A DNA stretch of 64,000 nt from Aureliella sp. (lineage in GTDB: Bacteria; Planctomycetota; Planctomycetia; Pirellulales; Pirellulaceae): NCBI GenBank assembly GCA_963691875.1, contig OY829846.1, positions 2,912,001 through 2,976,000 of the forward strand. The letters run 5' to 3'. Below the pieces are notes generated by a model that searched no databases, was not told where the DNA came from, and was given only the letters and a program-made list of their open reading frames with translations. Made by a program: the position numbers and the translations under genes. Positions 18,938 through 29,516 of this stretch are shown piece after piece. The first letter of the stretch is position 1; each line of letters starts with the position of its first letter.

Positions 18938-21433
18938 CTACACGTCGAGGTTACGGACCTCTAAGGCGTGCTTCTCGATGAACTGACGTCGAGGCTCAAC
19001 CTTATCGCCCATCAATACACGAAACATCTCGTCGGCCGCAGCAGCGTCGGTCATCGACACTTGCACTAAGGTGCGATTGTCACGATCCAAAGTCGTTTCA
19101 CGAAGCTCTTCAGGATTCATTTCGCCCAATCCCTTAAAGCGAGTGACTTGCATGCCTTTCTCACCAGCTTGACGGATCGCCGGCAACAGAGCTCGCAAGT
19201 CATCCAAGCCAGTGCGATTCTCCTCACGCACGAGGTGGAACTTCGATTCCGTGCTACCTGTCTTTTGCTCTGGGATCAAATCACGAATCGAGAAGCCGTA
19301 CTCGGAAAGCAGCCTCAAGCCAGCATTGATGGTTTTGACCTCGTGCATTTCGACGACACGAGCAACGAGTCGTTCATCAACCTCTGCTGCTTCACTTTCC
19401 TGCTCTTCTTTATCGTCAGCCTTGCCTTCCTGAACCAAGTTCTCGCGTTCGATAAACTCGTCCATCGATGCCCTGGTGGCAAACCAGTGCATATCATTGC
19501 CTACGGTCACGAGAAATACGGGAAGATTCGTCGACTCACCTTCCATTCGGTCAGCGTGAGCCTTCAGGCTGATACCACGGCGCTCAAGTGCGATCAAAGC
19601 ATCCTCCATCGACGCCAGGCACTCACACAGCTTTCGCATTGTCTCGCCTTCGACTTGATTCTGATCATCCGACTCCAAACTACAGTCCGCAAGACCTCGC
19701 TCAAGCAGCTGAGTCTTCATTTCCTCTTCCGTCTGGACGTAGTAGCGAGTGTTCTTACCTCGCACCACACGGAACAAAGGTGGTTGTGCCAAATAGACGT
19801 GACCACCGGCAACAAGGTGATACATCTGGCGATAAAAGAAACACAGCAATAGGGTGCGAATGTGCGAACCGTCCACATCGGCATCGGTCATGATGATAAC
19901 TTTATCATAACGACGCTTGGCGATATCTTGATCCTGGCCGATACCGCAGCCGATCGCCTGGATCATGCTCTGCACTTCTTCGTTGGCCAGCACCTTATCT
20001 TCACGACTTTTATACGCATTGATGATCTTACCGCGAAGCGGCAGGATCGCCTGGAATTCACGAAACCGACCGCCTTCTGCACTTCCGCCGGCCGAATCAC
20101 CTTCCACCAAGTACACCTCGCACTCTTCCATCTTATTGCTGATGCAATCCCGAAGCTTGCCGGGCAGGCCGCCGCCGCTAAGCGCATCCTTTCGCTTGCG
20201 CAACAAGTCCTTCGCCTTGCGAGCCGCCTCTCGGGCCTCGCAGGCGAGAAGGCCCTTGCGGACGATCGTCTTTGCGTTGCGAGGATTTTCCTCCATGTAT
20301 TTCGTCAGCGCTTCGCCGACTGCGCCGCTTATAACACCCTCGACGTCGCTGTTGCCAAGCTTGGTTTTGGTTTGGCCCTCGAACTGCGGATGAGCAACAC
20401 GAATACTGATAACAGCGGTGAGCCCTTCGCGGAAGTCATCGCCTGTCGGGATCTGATCCTTGAACAGACCTTCCTTCTTGCCATAGTTGTTCAACGCTCG
20501 AGTCAGCGCGGAGCGAAAGCCAGATACGTGCGTCCCACCTTCAATCGTGTGAATATTATTCACGTAGGACTGAACCGTCTCAGTGTATTCAGTTGAGTAC
20601 TGCAGCGCGATCTCATACGGCACTCCATCGCGTTCGTCGGCAATGAGAAGCACGTCGGAATGCAAAGCGTCACTAGCGCGGTTCATGTGCTTAACGAACT
20701 CTACGATACCGTCTTCGTAGTAAAACTCATCGCCTTCATCGACGCGATCATCCTGAAAGATGATCTTCACACCTTTATTCAAGAACGCGAGCTCTTGCAG
20801 ACGCTTGTACAGAGTATCGAAGTTGAATTTGGTGTTGGCGAAGATCGTGCCGTCGGGCTTAAAAGTTGTCTTGGTACCAATACTCTTCGTAGCGTGCCCC
20901 TTCACCACAGCCCCCGTCGCAACGCCACGCTCATAACCCTGCGTCCAAACGTAGCCATCCCTGGAGACTTCGACTTCGCACCACTGCGACAAGAAGTTCA
21001 CTACGGTCACACCAACACCGTGTAGACCGCCAGACATGGCGTAAGCAGACTTCTCGAACTTGCCGCCGAACTTGAGCACTGTCATTACGCCTTCGAGCGT
21101 ACTGACCTCGCGCTCCATCTCTTCGCTTAGCTGCTCGTGCTTGTCGACTGGAATACCGCGACCATCATCTTCGACCGTTACCGAGCCGTCCGAGTTGATT
21201 CGAACAGTCACAGTCTTGGCGAACCCGGCCATTACCTCGTCGATCGAGTTATCGACAACCTCGTAGACAAGGTGGTGTAGGCCTTTGAGCGTCGTGTCGC
21301 CGATGTACATACTCGGGCGTTCGCGAACGTGCTCTTTGTCGCTCAGCTTCTTGAGATCCTCTGCGTTGTATTCGCCAGACATCCCGAGTTGCTCGTCCTG
21401 GTTGCCGTCAGCTGGTTGCTCTTGATCGCTCAT
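18938..21433 (-). CDS. gyrB: DNA gyrase subunit B
   Basis: 'VRERPSMYIG', 'EVVDNSIDE', 'DDGRGIP', 'SGGLHGVG', 'VEGDSAGG', 'PLRGK', 'MTDADVDGSHI', 'RFKGLGEMN'. Confidence 0.98.
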   Translation of the reverse strand: MSDQEQPADGNQDEQLGMSGEYNAEDLKKLSDKEHVRERPSMYIGDTTLKGLHHLVYEVVDNSIDEVMAGFAKTVTVRINSDGSVTVEDDGRGIPVDKHEQLSEEMEREVSTLEGVMTVLKFGGKFEKSAYAMSGGLHGVGVTVVNFLSQWCEVEVSRDGYVWTQGYERGVATGAVVKGHATKSIGTKTTFKPDGTIFANTKFNFDTLYKRLQELAFLNKGVKIIFQDDRVDEGDEFYYEDGIVEFVKHMNRASDALHSDVLLIADERDGVPYEIALQYSTEYTETVQSYVNNIHTIEGGTHVSGFRSALTRALNNYGKKEGLFKDQIPTGDDFREGLTAVISIRVAHPQFEGQTKTKLGNSDVEGVISGAVGEALTKYMEENPRNAKTIVRKGLLACEAREAARKAKDLLRKRKDALSGGGLPGKLRDCISNKMEECEVYLVEGDSAGGSAEGGRFREFQAILPLRGKIINAYKSREDKVLANEEVQSMIQAIGCGIGQDQDIAKRRYDKVIIMTDADVDGSHIRTLLLCFFYRQMYHLVAGGHVYLAQPPLFRVVRGKNTRYYVQTEEEMKTQLLERGLADCSLESDDQNQVEGETMRKLCECLASMEDALIALERRGISLKAHADRMEGESTNLPVFLVTVGNDMHWFATRASMDEFIERENLVQEGKADDKEEQESEAAEVDERLVARVVEMHEVKTINAGLRLLSEYGFSIRDLIPEQKTGSTESKFHLVREENRTGLDDLRALLPAIRQAGEKGMQVTRFKGLGEMNPEELRETTLDRDNRTLVQVSMTDAAAADEMFRVLMGDKVEPRRQFIEKHALEVRNLDV

Positions 21434-21718
21434 TCAGTGCTCGAATCGGACAAAACTGAGGCGGGATCTGACCCGCCCAAAATGGCCTTCATTGGGACTC
21501 GGAAGACCAGGTAATATGTTGAAAAAGATTGTAGCATTTCACCCCGGTTTTGACTGGCCCAAATCGATACACAAGCCCCAGAAAAGCGCTTTAAAAAGCC
21601 GCTCTTCACAAGGGTTTTTGGCGATTGTCAGCAGCTGCAGGCCGAGCTTTCTGCAGGCCCGTACTGTCAACCCCAGAATCTCCGCGCCCGAGACATCAAT
21701 TCAGGCCCTGACAGCTTG

Positions 21719-21928
21719 CTAGAACAGGCTATAGATGAAAGGTGCTGCTGCAGAGCCGCTAGCCAGAACCAACACCGTGAGCAGCCCAAGTACGAGCAAT
21801 ATAGGCGTCATCCACCACTTCTTGTTCTCGGTCAGAAATGCGATGAATTCCCCCACCAAAGAATCCGAGCCTTCTTCACCCGCTTGCTCAAACTCAGTTG
21901 AGTCCTCGTTTTCAGGACGCTCAGTCAT
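21719..21928 (-). CDS. DUF5989-like small membrane protein
   Basis: 'EFIAFLTENKKWWMTPILLVLGLL...AAAPFIYSLF' matches this small family. Confidence 0.8.
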   Translation of the reverse strand: MTERPENEDSTEFEQAGEEGSDSLVGEFIAFLTENKKWWMTPILLVLGLLTVLVLASGSAAAPFIYSLF

Positions 21929-21958
21929 AGGGAAGCCTCAGAATGAAAATAGTGGCAA

Positions 21959-23422
21959 CTATGCAGGTGCTTTTTCCGGCACGCCCCGCCGGAAGCGAAC
22001 AACATTCGTCGCAATGCGATCATCCAAGTTCGGGCGGAAAATCGTTAGAAGTATGAAAGGCAGGAACCAAGCCATGAACAGCCCGCCTCCAAATCCATGC
22101 CAGAACTGAATAGCCAGCATGATTGCCGCAGTGCCGCACATCAAGGAGCCAAGCGTCTTGCGGGTCGGCCAAAAAACAAAACTCGCACTTAACAGAATGC
22201 AGGCCACCAAAGTCGGCACCCGGAACTCGGCAGGAAATCCATACTCGCTGTCCCAGATTCCCGAAAGGTTCTCCATTCTTGGCAACCAAAGCCCCCACAT
22301 TTGCGTGAGGTTCTCGCCAAAGTCAGACCCCTGAAATGCAAGTAGCAACATCAAAACAGCAAGACTTGAGAGCACACCGCTGATGAAAGGCCATAAGCCG
22401 CGATACCAGTAGAAGCTTATCCACAGCGGCAGCAAAAACAGCGGGTAATAAACAAGCCCAGAAGCCATCCCAAGCAGCACTCCCGCCACGAGCGGTTGAC
22501 GATAAGTCAGCAGAGCAAGTACCAAGAAAGCCGCCGGCACAGTGTGCTGCAAATTGCCTGTCATTTGAGCCGTGTAGGGCAATATCAAATACATCACCGC
22601 GCAGCCCACACCCGTCTTCACGTTGTCAAAGTGCCAGTAACCGACCCCGACAATTCCAAGCACGATTGCCAAGTTCGACAGAATCGCGAACACGCGAACG
22701 AGGTTCGGCAGCCAAGCTGGCGGTGGTTGCTCATCCCCCGCACTCTCCTCCAGCGTTTCGCTAAGAGACGTCGGGAGGGCAGGCAACATATTGAGCAGAA
22801 GGTAACCTGGCCCAAGTGATGGACTTCGAGCCTCCTGCTCTCTCGGCGTACTTGTGACTACATTCGCCATCAAGAACAAGAACAAAGAGATGCCAATGAA
22901 ATTCAATCCGCCCATCGACAGGTTCGGGACTAGCAAGGGTCTACGCACTAACGCCGGATCGATCAACATCCGGATCAACAGAAAAGCGCATGCCAAGAGC
23001 AGAAAAACGAACCCGAGAAACTCAAGATAACCGGGCTCCCAACCATTCGAAACCTGAGGCTGGTACTCCGGGCTGCCTGGAGACTCGGCTTCCTTCGAGC
23101 CCGATTCGTCCTGAAGAGCAGGGGCTTTACCCTGCACAAGTGCTACTGGAAATGCCCGCGAAGCCTGCTGTCTGGAGGATCCTAAATCCGTTTGCTTGAA
23201 CACCAAAGGCTGCGTGATTTCCGGAATCGGCGCCATTTGCAATCGCCTGCCTTCGTACACCATCATCAATCCGGGTGCCAACAAGAGCAGAAGTAGGAGA
23301 TCCAAATTGCGCACGCTGAAAAAGCGATGAAAGACGAAGTACATCGTAAGTAGCAAGAACGACGAGAGAAAAACCCACGTTGCTGGCTCAGGTCGCTGAT
23401 AGTACAGAAGGAGATCACTCAT
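21959..23422 (-). CDS. Polytopic membrane protein, possibly GT-C fold (GT87-like) glycosyltransferase
   Basis: About 12 TM segments; 'AGVLLGMASGLVYYPLFLLPLW' resembles the GT87-type motif. Confidence 0.65.
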   Translation of the reverse strand: MSDLLLYYQRPEPATWVFLSSFLLLTMYFVFHRFFSVRNLDLLLLLLLAPGLMMVYEGRRLQMAPIPEITQPLVFKQTDLGSSRQQASRAFPVALVQGKAPALQDESGSKEAESPGSPEYQPQVSNGWEPGYLEFLGFVFLLLACAFLLIRMLIDPALVRRPLLVPNLSMGGLNFIGISLFLFLMANVVTSTPREQEARSPSLGPGYLLLNMLPALPTSLSETLEESAGDEQPPPAWLPNLVRVFAILSNLAIVLGIVGVGYWHFDNVKTGVGCAVMYLILPYTAQMTGNLQHTVPAAFLVLALLTYRQPLVAGVLLGMASGLVYYPLFLLPLWISFYWYRGLWPFISGVLSSLAVLMLLLAFQGSDFGENLTQMWGLWLPRMENLSGIWDSEYGFPAEFRVPTLVACILLSASFVFWPTRKTLGSLMCGTAAIMLAIQFWHGFGGGLFMAWFLPFILLTIFRPNLDDRIATNVVRFRRGVPEKAPA

Positions 23423-23708
23423 GGTTGTCAGCTAAGCGGCGAATTGCAACAGCGGTCGACCGGTTGCGAGGGAATGTCGCGCATACACTTTACTGACAAT
23501 ATCTCACCCGCTGTCGAGAATCGCGGTTCAGTGGATTTTGGCAGCACTACCAAGGAAAGTAACAAGGGTTTCGTAGACGCCTTAGGATAAAGTACAAAGC
23601 TCTCAATGCAATACCAACCGCCCTAAGCTAGGGTGATCCTACCTAGCTTTCCAACGGCAAAGGCAGGATGCACATGACTCTCCGCTTTTCGCGCCGGATG
23701 CTACTCCA

Positions 23709-24644
23709 GTGTCAGCCAACCCCATGCCTCAGAACAGAATCAAGGCTATCGAATTCTTTGCTGGCATTGGAGGATTTGTCCATAGCTGGCCCGATGCTGA
23801 TGTAGTTGCTGCCTACGATATCAGCGAACTTTGCCAGCAAGTCTATGAACAGAATCATCCGGGCCTATTCATTACCAAGGAAATTGCCAGCCTAAGTGCC
23901 GAAGAGCTAACGAATTGGCAAGCCGACGTATGGTGGATGTCGCCACCTTGCCAGCCCTTCACCTCGCGTGGCAATGGGAAAGACATCCACGACCCAAGGT
24001 GTTCCGCATTCCTCCATCTTACGGGTTTGATTCCAGAGTGCCTGCCGTGCCAGATCGGACTAGAGAATGTAGCTGGCTTTCGCAATTCGCAGGCAATGCA
24101 AAGGCTCGTGGCGACCCTCAAGCATTCCGGGTACACGGTGCAATACTGCGACTTCTGCCCTTCGCAACTGGGTTGGCCCAACCGTCGCCCGCGTTTCTAC
24201 TTGCTCGCGGCACGTGCCCCAGGTGCCCTGAGGCCATGGCGAGTCGTTGAATCCCAACCGAGTCATCATTCGCGATCGCCGCGATTGAAGGAACTCGTCA
24301 TGGATCAACAAGCAGATTATGATCCCGAAGTTTGCCTCGAACCGGAAAAGACAGAGGCCTTCGAAGAAGCCTTGGACCGCGTGTCGGCCGACGATGCCAC
24401 CGCCGTGACGGCTTGTTTCGGGAGTAGCTACGGCAAGTCCATTTTGCATGCTGGTTCGTACCTCCAAACAGTCGACGGGCTTCGCCGTTTCACACCGCGC
24501 GAAGTCGCCAAGCTGATGGGGTTTCCTGAGGAACTGGACATGGGCAGCCTGAGCACAAGACAACAATGGAAAGTACTCGGAAACAGCCTTTCCATTGTTG
24601 CCATGAAGCATATCCTCACGGGGTTCCGTTCGTACTCGGCATGA
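23709..24644 (+). CDS. C5-cytosine methyltransferase, Dnmt2/TRDMT1-like
   Basis: Motif I FFAGIGG, IV MSPPCQPFT, VI LENV, VIII PNRRPRFY, IX RRFTPREVAKLMGFP, X LGNSL, plus a short TRD with 'CFGSSYG'. Start GTG 23709 or ATG 23724. Confidence 0.88.
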   Translation: MSANPMPQNRIKAIEFFAGIGGFVHSWPDADVVAAYDISELCQQVYEQNHPGLFITKEIASLSAEELTNWQADVWWMSPPCQPFTSRGNGKDIHDPRCSAFLHLTGLIPECLPCQIGLENVAGFRNSQAMQRLVATLKHSGYTVQYCDFCPSQLGWPNRRPRFYLLAARAPGALRPWRVVESQPSHHSRSPRLKELVMDQQADYDPEVCLEPEKTEAFEEALDRVSADDATAVTACFGSSYGKSILHAGSYLQTVDGLRRFTPREVAKLMGFPEELDMGSLSTRQQWKVLGNSLSIVAMKHILTGFRSYSA

Positions 24645-24710
24645 AGAACGCTCCAAGAGAAGGTCGGGTTGGTAGGAGGATGAAAGGAATTCGGGCGAAT
24701 CCCCGACGGC

Positions 24711-27700
24711 CTAATGCGACTCGTCAGCTACCTTTTGAGTGCCGTCTAGTGATGCGAGGTATTCGACCAAGTCACGCAATTCACGCTTGGACATCTTCGT
24801 GATGATGTCAGCCGGCATTCCTGACCGACCAACCTTGCGACCGATAATGTCATCCTTGAGATACTGCGTTGCTTTACCTTGCGCGTCAACCAACGTGATC
24901 GTATCGTCATCTTCTGCTCGCACGACGCCAGTATGCACTTGATCGTCGACATCGAGTAACACTGCGGACTCGAAGCCCTTGGCGATAACTTTGTTCGGAT
25001 CGACGATAGCTTCGAGAATGTAATCACGCTTCTTATCGATTCCGATCTTGGAAAGATCTGGGCCGACTTCACCGCCTGAACCAGCTACTTTGTGGCAGCG
25101 AACGCAAGACAGCGACACCTTTTCAACAAACACGCGGCGTCCACGCTCGACATCGCCGCCAACAAGCGACTCTCGGTATTTACCAAGTGGCGTGTGATCA
25201 CGGGTAGCATTGATTTGCTCCAGCAGCGACTTGATGTTCGCAGACGCCTGCCGCTTCTCAACGGCTTCCAAGGCCTCAAGCTGTGTTTCTGCAGGCAGCT
25301 TTCCGGCCAACCAAAGTTCAAGTACTGATGCAAGTTGCGTCTCAGCATCTTTGATTTCTCCAAGCTCGCTGATCGCGATTTGCCGCTCTGGAATGGAGCC
25401 GTTCAGTGCGGCAGCCGCCAACAAGTCCTTGGCTTGATCTGGCATAGCAGATCGCAACATGCTCAAAGCGGCCGCTCGTATCTTGGCCTCTTCCGACTTC
25501 AAGCCGAGATTAATGTCTGCCTGAGTCGCGCCTACTTTGCCCATAGCTTGCAGCGCCGCCGCTCGATCCGCGACGTCCAACGATTCGTTGGTCACCAAAC
25601 TACGAAGAATTGCCGCACTTTCACCCAAGCCATATCGACTGGCAACCTTCCCAAGCTCTAAGAGCACCGCGACGTCCGACGATCCTGACTTGCCGAAACG
25701 CTTCAGGAGAGTTGCCACCGCCTTTTTCGCTGGCTCGTCGCTTCGCTCTTCAATCGGACGCCACATCCCAGTCACTCGGTCACGGCCACTTGGTTGCGCC
25801 CAAACGCCCAACATCGCGAGGCCTTCGACACGCATCTTCTCAGGATTTTTTGCATCCAACACATAACTGGCTATCGCCGTTGCATTTCCAGTTCGGAAAT
25901 TCGCATCCAGTACACGGCGAATGATCGACTCGTTTGTCATCGGCTTCGTAATGCGCCAGGCTAGTTTTTTCATCGCTGTATCAATCGGTGAGTCATGGAT
26001 GGCTCGAGCCGCCTCAGCGACAACCAACTCAGACTCATCGTCCAGAAAATCACTGACCAGCTCAGACTGCTGCCGACGTAGTGCAACCACCGCAGATAGG
26101 CGGACATACAGCGACTCATTTGTCTTCATCCCCGCCAACTCGTTTGCATCAACGGTTTGCGACAGAGCCATAACCGCTGCATGTCGCAAAACGGGGTCCT
26201 GTCCAGCATTATCAACGATGCTTGCGACAATGGAGTCCACGGCCGCCTTGAGCCTCATCTTGCCGGCGCTGACCAGGGCAAAGTAACGAACCCGGGGTTC
26301 CTCATCGGCTAGCCCCTTAAGTACAGCCGCTTCCGCTGCGTCACTATCGACCTTTCCAGCAAACTCGCCCAGCAAACGTAGTGAATGAGCACGTAGCTCC
26401 AGCTCAGACGACTCGCAAAGCTTCAGCCAAGTCTCGACAGACTCCGATAGAGTCGCGGGCTTGCGTCGCGCCAAATGGTCGAGCCCCCAGACGCCGTGCA
26501 ACTGCTCCTTAACAGAGTCACCATTCAACGCCGCCGCAATCAGCAGCTTCTGGTCGCCTCGTTCGGCGAGTTCAAGCTGTGATTTATGGCGGACTCGACG
26601 GTCTACATGCTTTAAGTTGTTCGCAAGCAACTCGCTATCAATCTCAGCGATGTCGGCACGCAAGAACGCGGCGACTTCGCGCACGAGATCATCACTTCTT
26701 TCTGACTTGGTGTAGCGATAGATGCGTCCCTTCCCTTCACCATTCCAGCCATTCACCCAGTCAGAAATGTAAAGGGCACCATCAGGACCGAACTGCAAGT
26801 CAGTCGCTAAGACATTCCAAAATGGCTGAGCATCCTCGGCGATCTTGAAGAAGGCCCCATCCGCTTCATTTTTGATAGAGCGAATGCCGCTTCTGCTTGG
26901 CGTTCCACGGAAGTCGGCCAGCAAGAACTGCTCTTGGAACATATCGCCGAACCCGGTTCCAGGATAATACTCCAAACCAGACGGTCCATCCGCAAAGTTG
27001 GCAATCGGCGGCATGATATAGAAAGGCTGCCCTTCGTGCATTGGTTCCCAAATGCGTTCACGATTGAAAGGACCGCGATCTGGCAAGTACTGATAGGCCA
27101 TCCGCCAGCCCGTATCACCACCTTCGACCACGTAGACCCAGCGAGCCTGATCTCCGCTGTCGGAGTTATTATCTCCAGTGAACAGGTTTCCATACTCGTC
27201 AAAGGCCAACTCTTGCGGATTGCGAAGCCCGGTTGCGAAGATCTCGAGATTGGAGCCATCGAGCTCACAACGGAAAACAGATCCACTTTCAACGTTGACC
27301 ACGTTGCCCGACTTTTGCGGAATGTTCGCCCCACGGTCACCGATGCTGAAATAAAGTCGACCGTCAGGGCCAATCGTCAGCCCGTGCAAGTCGTGTCCGC
27401 GGAATGCGACTCGCACACCGTACCCGGTGTGCAGAACTGTTCGGCCATCGGCGACCAAGTCATTATCTTCGTCTCGCATCAGATAAACGGCGGGGATGCA
27501 AGTGAAGTAGACATTGCCTCGGTATTCGAGAACGCCCGCACCAGTGCCGTCCACCAAGTTGTTAAACCGCTTGGCGAACACTTTAGACTCATCCGCTTTG
27601 CCGTCGCCGTCAGCGTCCACGAGAACGCGTATCCGATCGTCTTCTTCAACGAACTTCTTCGCATCGTCTTCGCTGAGCAACCTCAAATGATACTGACGTC

Positions 27701-28055
27701 TATCCTCTACCGTCTTGGCTTCCAAATCAGCATCTACCCACTCACGACCGTAGCTTCGATTGTCCACTACGCCGGTGCTTTGACGGAACGTTTCACAGAC
27801 AAAAACGCGACCTCTGTCGTCAACATAGAAGGCGACAGGATTCGCAATCATAGGCTCCGCGGCAAACAGCTGGCCTTCGACACCTTCGGGAATCTTGTAT
27901 CCCCCCATCGATTGCTCGCCTTCATTTGAGGCACCAGCGATTTTCGGTTCGTTGGGCTCGGGACTGTCTTGAGCGAACAAAAATACTGAGGACAATACGT
28001 CGCTCGAAAAAACGCCCAAGGCGAAAAGAGCGGTCAACGCAAATCGAAATGACAT
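24711..28055 (-). CDS. PVC-type heme-binding CxxCH protein (dehydrogenase-like propeller, HEAT repeats, cytochrome c)
   Basis: Signal peptide MSFRF; 'FAAEPMIANPVAF', 'GPDGRLY', 'GLRNPQEL', HEAT repeats, 'GDVERGRRVF...CVRCH...GPDLSKIG'. Confidence 0.9.
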   Translation of the reverse strand: MSFRFALTALFALGVFSSDVLSSVFLFAQDSPEPNEPKIAGASNEGEQSMGGYKIPEGVEGQLFAAEPMIANPVAFYVDDRGRVFVCETFRQSTGVVDNRSYGREWVDADLEAKTVEDRRQYHLRLLSEDDAKKFVEEDDRIRVLVDADGDGKADESKVFAKRFNNLVDGTGAGVLEYRGNVYFTCIPAVYLMRDEDNDLVADGRTVLHTGYGVRVAFRGHDLHGLTIGPDGRLYFSIGDRGANIPQKSGNVVNVESGSVFRCELDGSNLEIFATGLRNPQELAFDEYGNLFTGDNNSDSGDQARWVYVVEGGDTGWRMAYQYLPDRGPFNRERIWEPMHEGQPFYIMPPIANFADGPSGLEYYPGTGFGDMFQEQFLLADFRGTPSRSGIRSIKNEADGAFFKIAEDAQPFWNVLATDLQFGPDGALYISDWVNGWNGEGKGRIYRYTKSERSDDLVREVAAFLRADIAEIDSELLANNLKHVDRRVRHKSQLELAERGDQKLLIAAALNGDSVKEQLHGVWGLDHLARRKPATLSESVETWLKLCESSELELRAHSLRLLGEFAGKVDSDAAEAAVLKGLADEEPRVRYFALVSAGKMRLKAAVDSIVASIVDNAGQDPVLRHAAVMALSQTVDANELAGMKTNESLYVRLSAVVALRRQQSELVSDFLDDESELVVAEAARAIHDSPIDTAMKKLAWRITKPMTNESIIRRVLDANFRTGNATAIASYVLDAKNPEKMRVEGLAMLGVWAQPSGRDRVTGMWRPIEERSDEPAKKAVATLLKRFGKSGSSDVAVLLELGKVASRYGLGESAAILRSLVTNESLDVADRAAALQAMGKVGATQADINLGLKSEEAKIRAAALSMLRSAMPDQAKDLLAAAALNGSIPERQIAISELGEIKDAETQLASVLELWLAGKLPAETQLEALEAVEKRQASANIKSLLEQINATRDHTPLGKYRESLVGGDVERGRRVFVEKVSLSCVRCHKVAGSGGEVGPDLSKIGIDKKRDYILEAIVDPNKVIAKGFESAVLLDVDDQVHTGVVRAEDDDTITLVDAQGKATQYLKDDIIGRKVGRSGMPADIITKMSKRELRDLVEYLASLDGTQKVADESH

Positions 28056-28480
28056 CGCAATATGGATCCTGGTCTGAACGGAACTTCTACGGTCGAATTC
28101 TAGGGGCAATATCGCCGGGAAGCAGGAGCTAATCGAAATCTACTGAAACTCCTGCAACTGGCCGAATCAAGGTGGGATGCTAGAGACGGGCTTCAAGGCA
28201 GGACTGGAATCGGCAAGCAAGCAGTCGGGCGACGCTCTGCATATTTTAGTTGAGTTTCGCCAGTTTGTTCAGCCATGTTTCAGGCTGTTCTCCAGTAGAA
28301 CGTCTGGCAAATCGGCAGCTATTGCTGGACCATTCGCCCCACCAATGGGAGCACTTGCCTGATCTCTCGCACCGAATGCCCGCGCACAGCGTCGTTTTTT
28401 TCTTGACTCGGACGCCTCGCAACCCCAAAATCGTCGAGTTTCGTTGGGCCCCTCTCTTGATTAGCCCTCGAGGATACGTC

Positions 28481-29407
28481 ATGCGTCTTTACGATTCTTC
28501 CAAGTGTACGATGCGCCGCGGAGCGTTTTCGCTTATTGAGCTTCTAGTGGTGATCGCGATCATTGCGATTCTGATTGGGCTCCTCTTACCCGCTGTACAA
28601 AGTGCCAGAGAAGCGGCGAGAGGAATCTCTTGTTCCAACAATCTCCATCAGCTGGGAATCGCAGTTCACAACTATCACGCCGCATTTAAAGTGGTCGTGC
28701 CTCAGCGAATCCAACAACGGCACAGCTGGATGGCTCTGCTACTTCCGCATGTAGAACAAGGCAGCACCTACAACGCCTATGATTTCAATTTGCCTTGGAA
28801 TCACCCGACTAATCAACCAGCCATCAAAGCTATCTTACCGGTTCTACATTGCCCGTCTTCTCCGGCCGACGCAGAGTTCCTCTACGATCTCGGGAACGAA
28901 ACTCAAGCCTCGATTACTGACTACGGCCCGACCAGTGGAGTAAGCCACCGGAGTGTGTTCTTTCATGGCGGCGACAACTCTGGTGCAATCAGTATACAAA
29001 CTCAAGGACCATTAAATTACGTCAAGGATGGTACGTCGAACACCTTTCTCATTGTCGAAGACGTTGGCAGGCCAGAGCATTGGATCAAACTGGGCAAAGG
29101 TCCCGAAGAATCGATCAATGGCTGTGCGAATTTCGACGTCCACAACGGGCTGGTCCTCGGCGCTGCATGGGCTTCGCCGAAAAACGCGTTGCCACTCCAC
29201 GGTTTTGACTCAAGTGGCCTGCGTTGCCCGGGAGACTGCGCACTCAATTGCACCAACAACAACGAAGCCTTTGGTTTTAACACCGGCGGTATTCTAACTG
29301 TTTTCGCCGATGGTCACGTCCAGTTCATTTCTGAGAACATCGACCATCAGATTTACGCCGATCTCATCACTGCTCGAGGCTCGGAAGTCATCTCAGCGCT
29401 GAATTGA
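28481..29407 (+). CDS. DUF1559 prepilin-type N-terminal cleavage/methylation protein
   Basis: '[49 protein letters not shown]', 'SWMALLLP', 'DGTSNT', 'FADGHVQF'. ATG 28481 follows a GAGG RBS. Confidence 0.93.
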   Translation: MRLYDSSKCTMRRGAFSLIELLVVIAIIAILIGLLLPAVQSAREAARGISCSNNLHQLGIAVHNYHAAFKVVVPQRIQQRHSWMALLLPHVEQGSTYNAYDFNLPWNHPTNQPAIKAILPVLHCPSSPADAEFLYDLGNETQASITDYGPTSGVSHRSVFFHGGDNSGAISIQTQGPLNYVKDGTSNTFLIVEDVGRPEHWIKLGKGPEESINGCANFDVHNGLVLGAAWASPKNALPLHGFDSSGLRCPGDCALNCTNNNEAFGFNTGGILTVFADGHVQFISENIDHQIYADLITARGSEVISALN

Positions 29408-29516
29408 TAGACCAGCTAGCGAATCCTCTACCATTCGCCCCGACGCTACCTGGGCGTTAAACTCCTTGAAAAGCCATCTTCTGTAGTTGACTCGCATATG
29501 AAATTTTCTTGGGAGA

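Noticed and set aside
19200..19740. Insertion in GyrB as a possible intein
   Set aside because: No intein terminal residues (C/S...HN); it corresponds to the known TOPRIM-domain insertion of E. coli-type GyrB.
23709..24644. Type II restriction-modification system
   Set aside because: No endonuclease gene is adjacent, and the motifs are Dnmt2-like.
26934..27929. Long antisense ORFs (331 aa here; also 19148..19852, 19862..20596, 43630..44397, 55757..56443)
   Set aside because: Shadow frames opposite well-supported genes, with no protein motifs.
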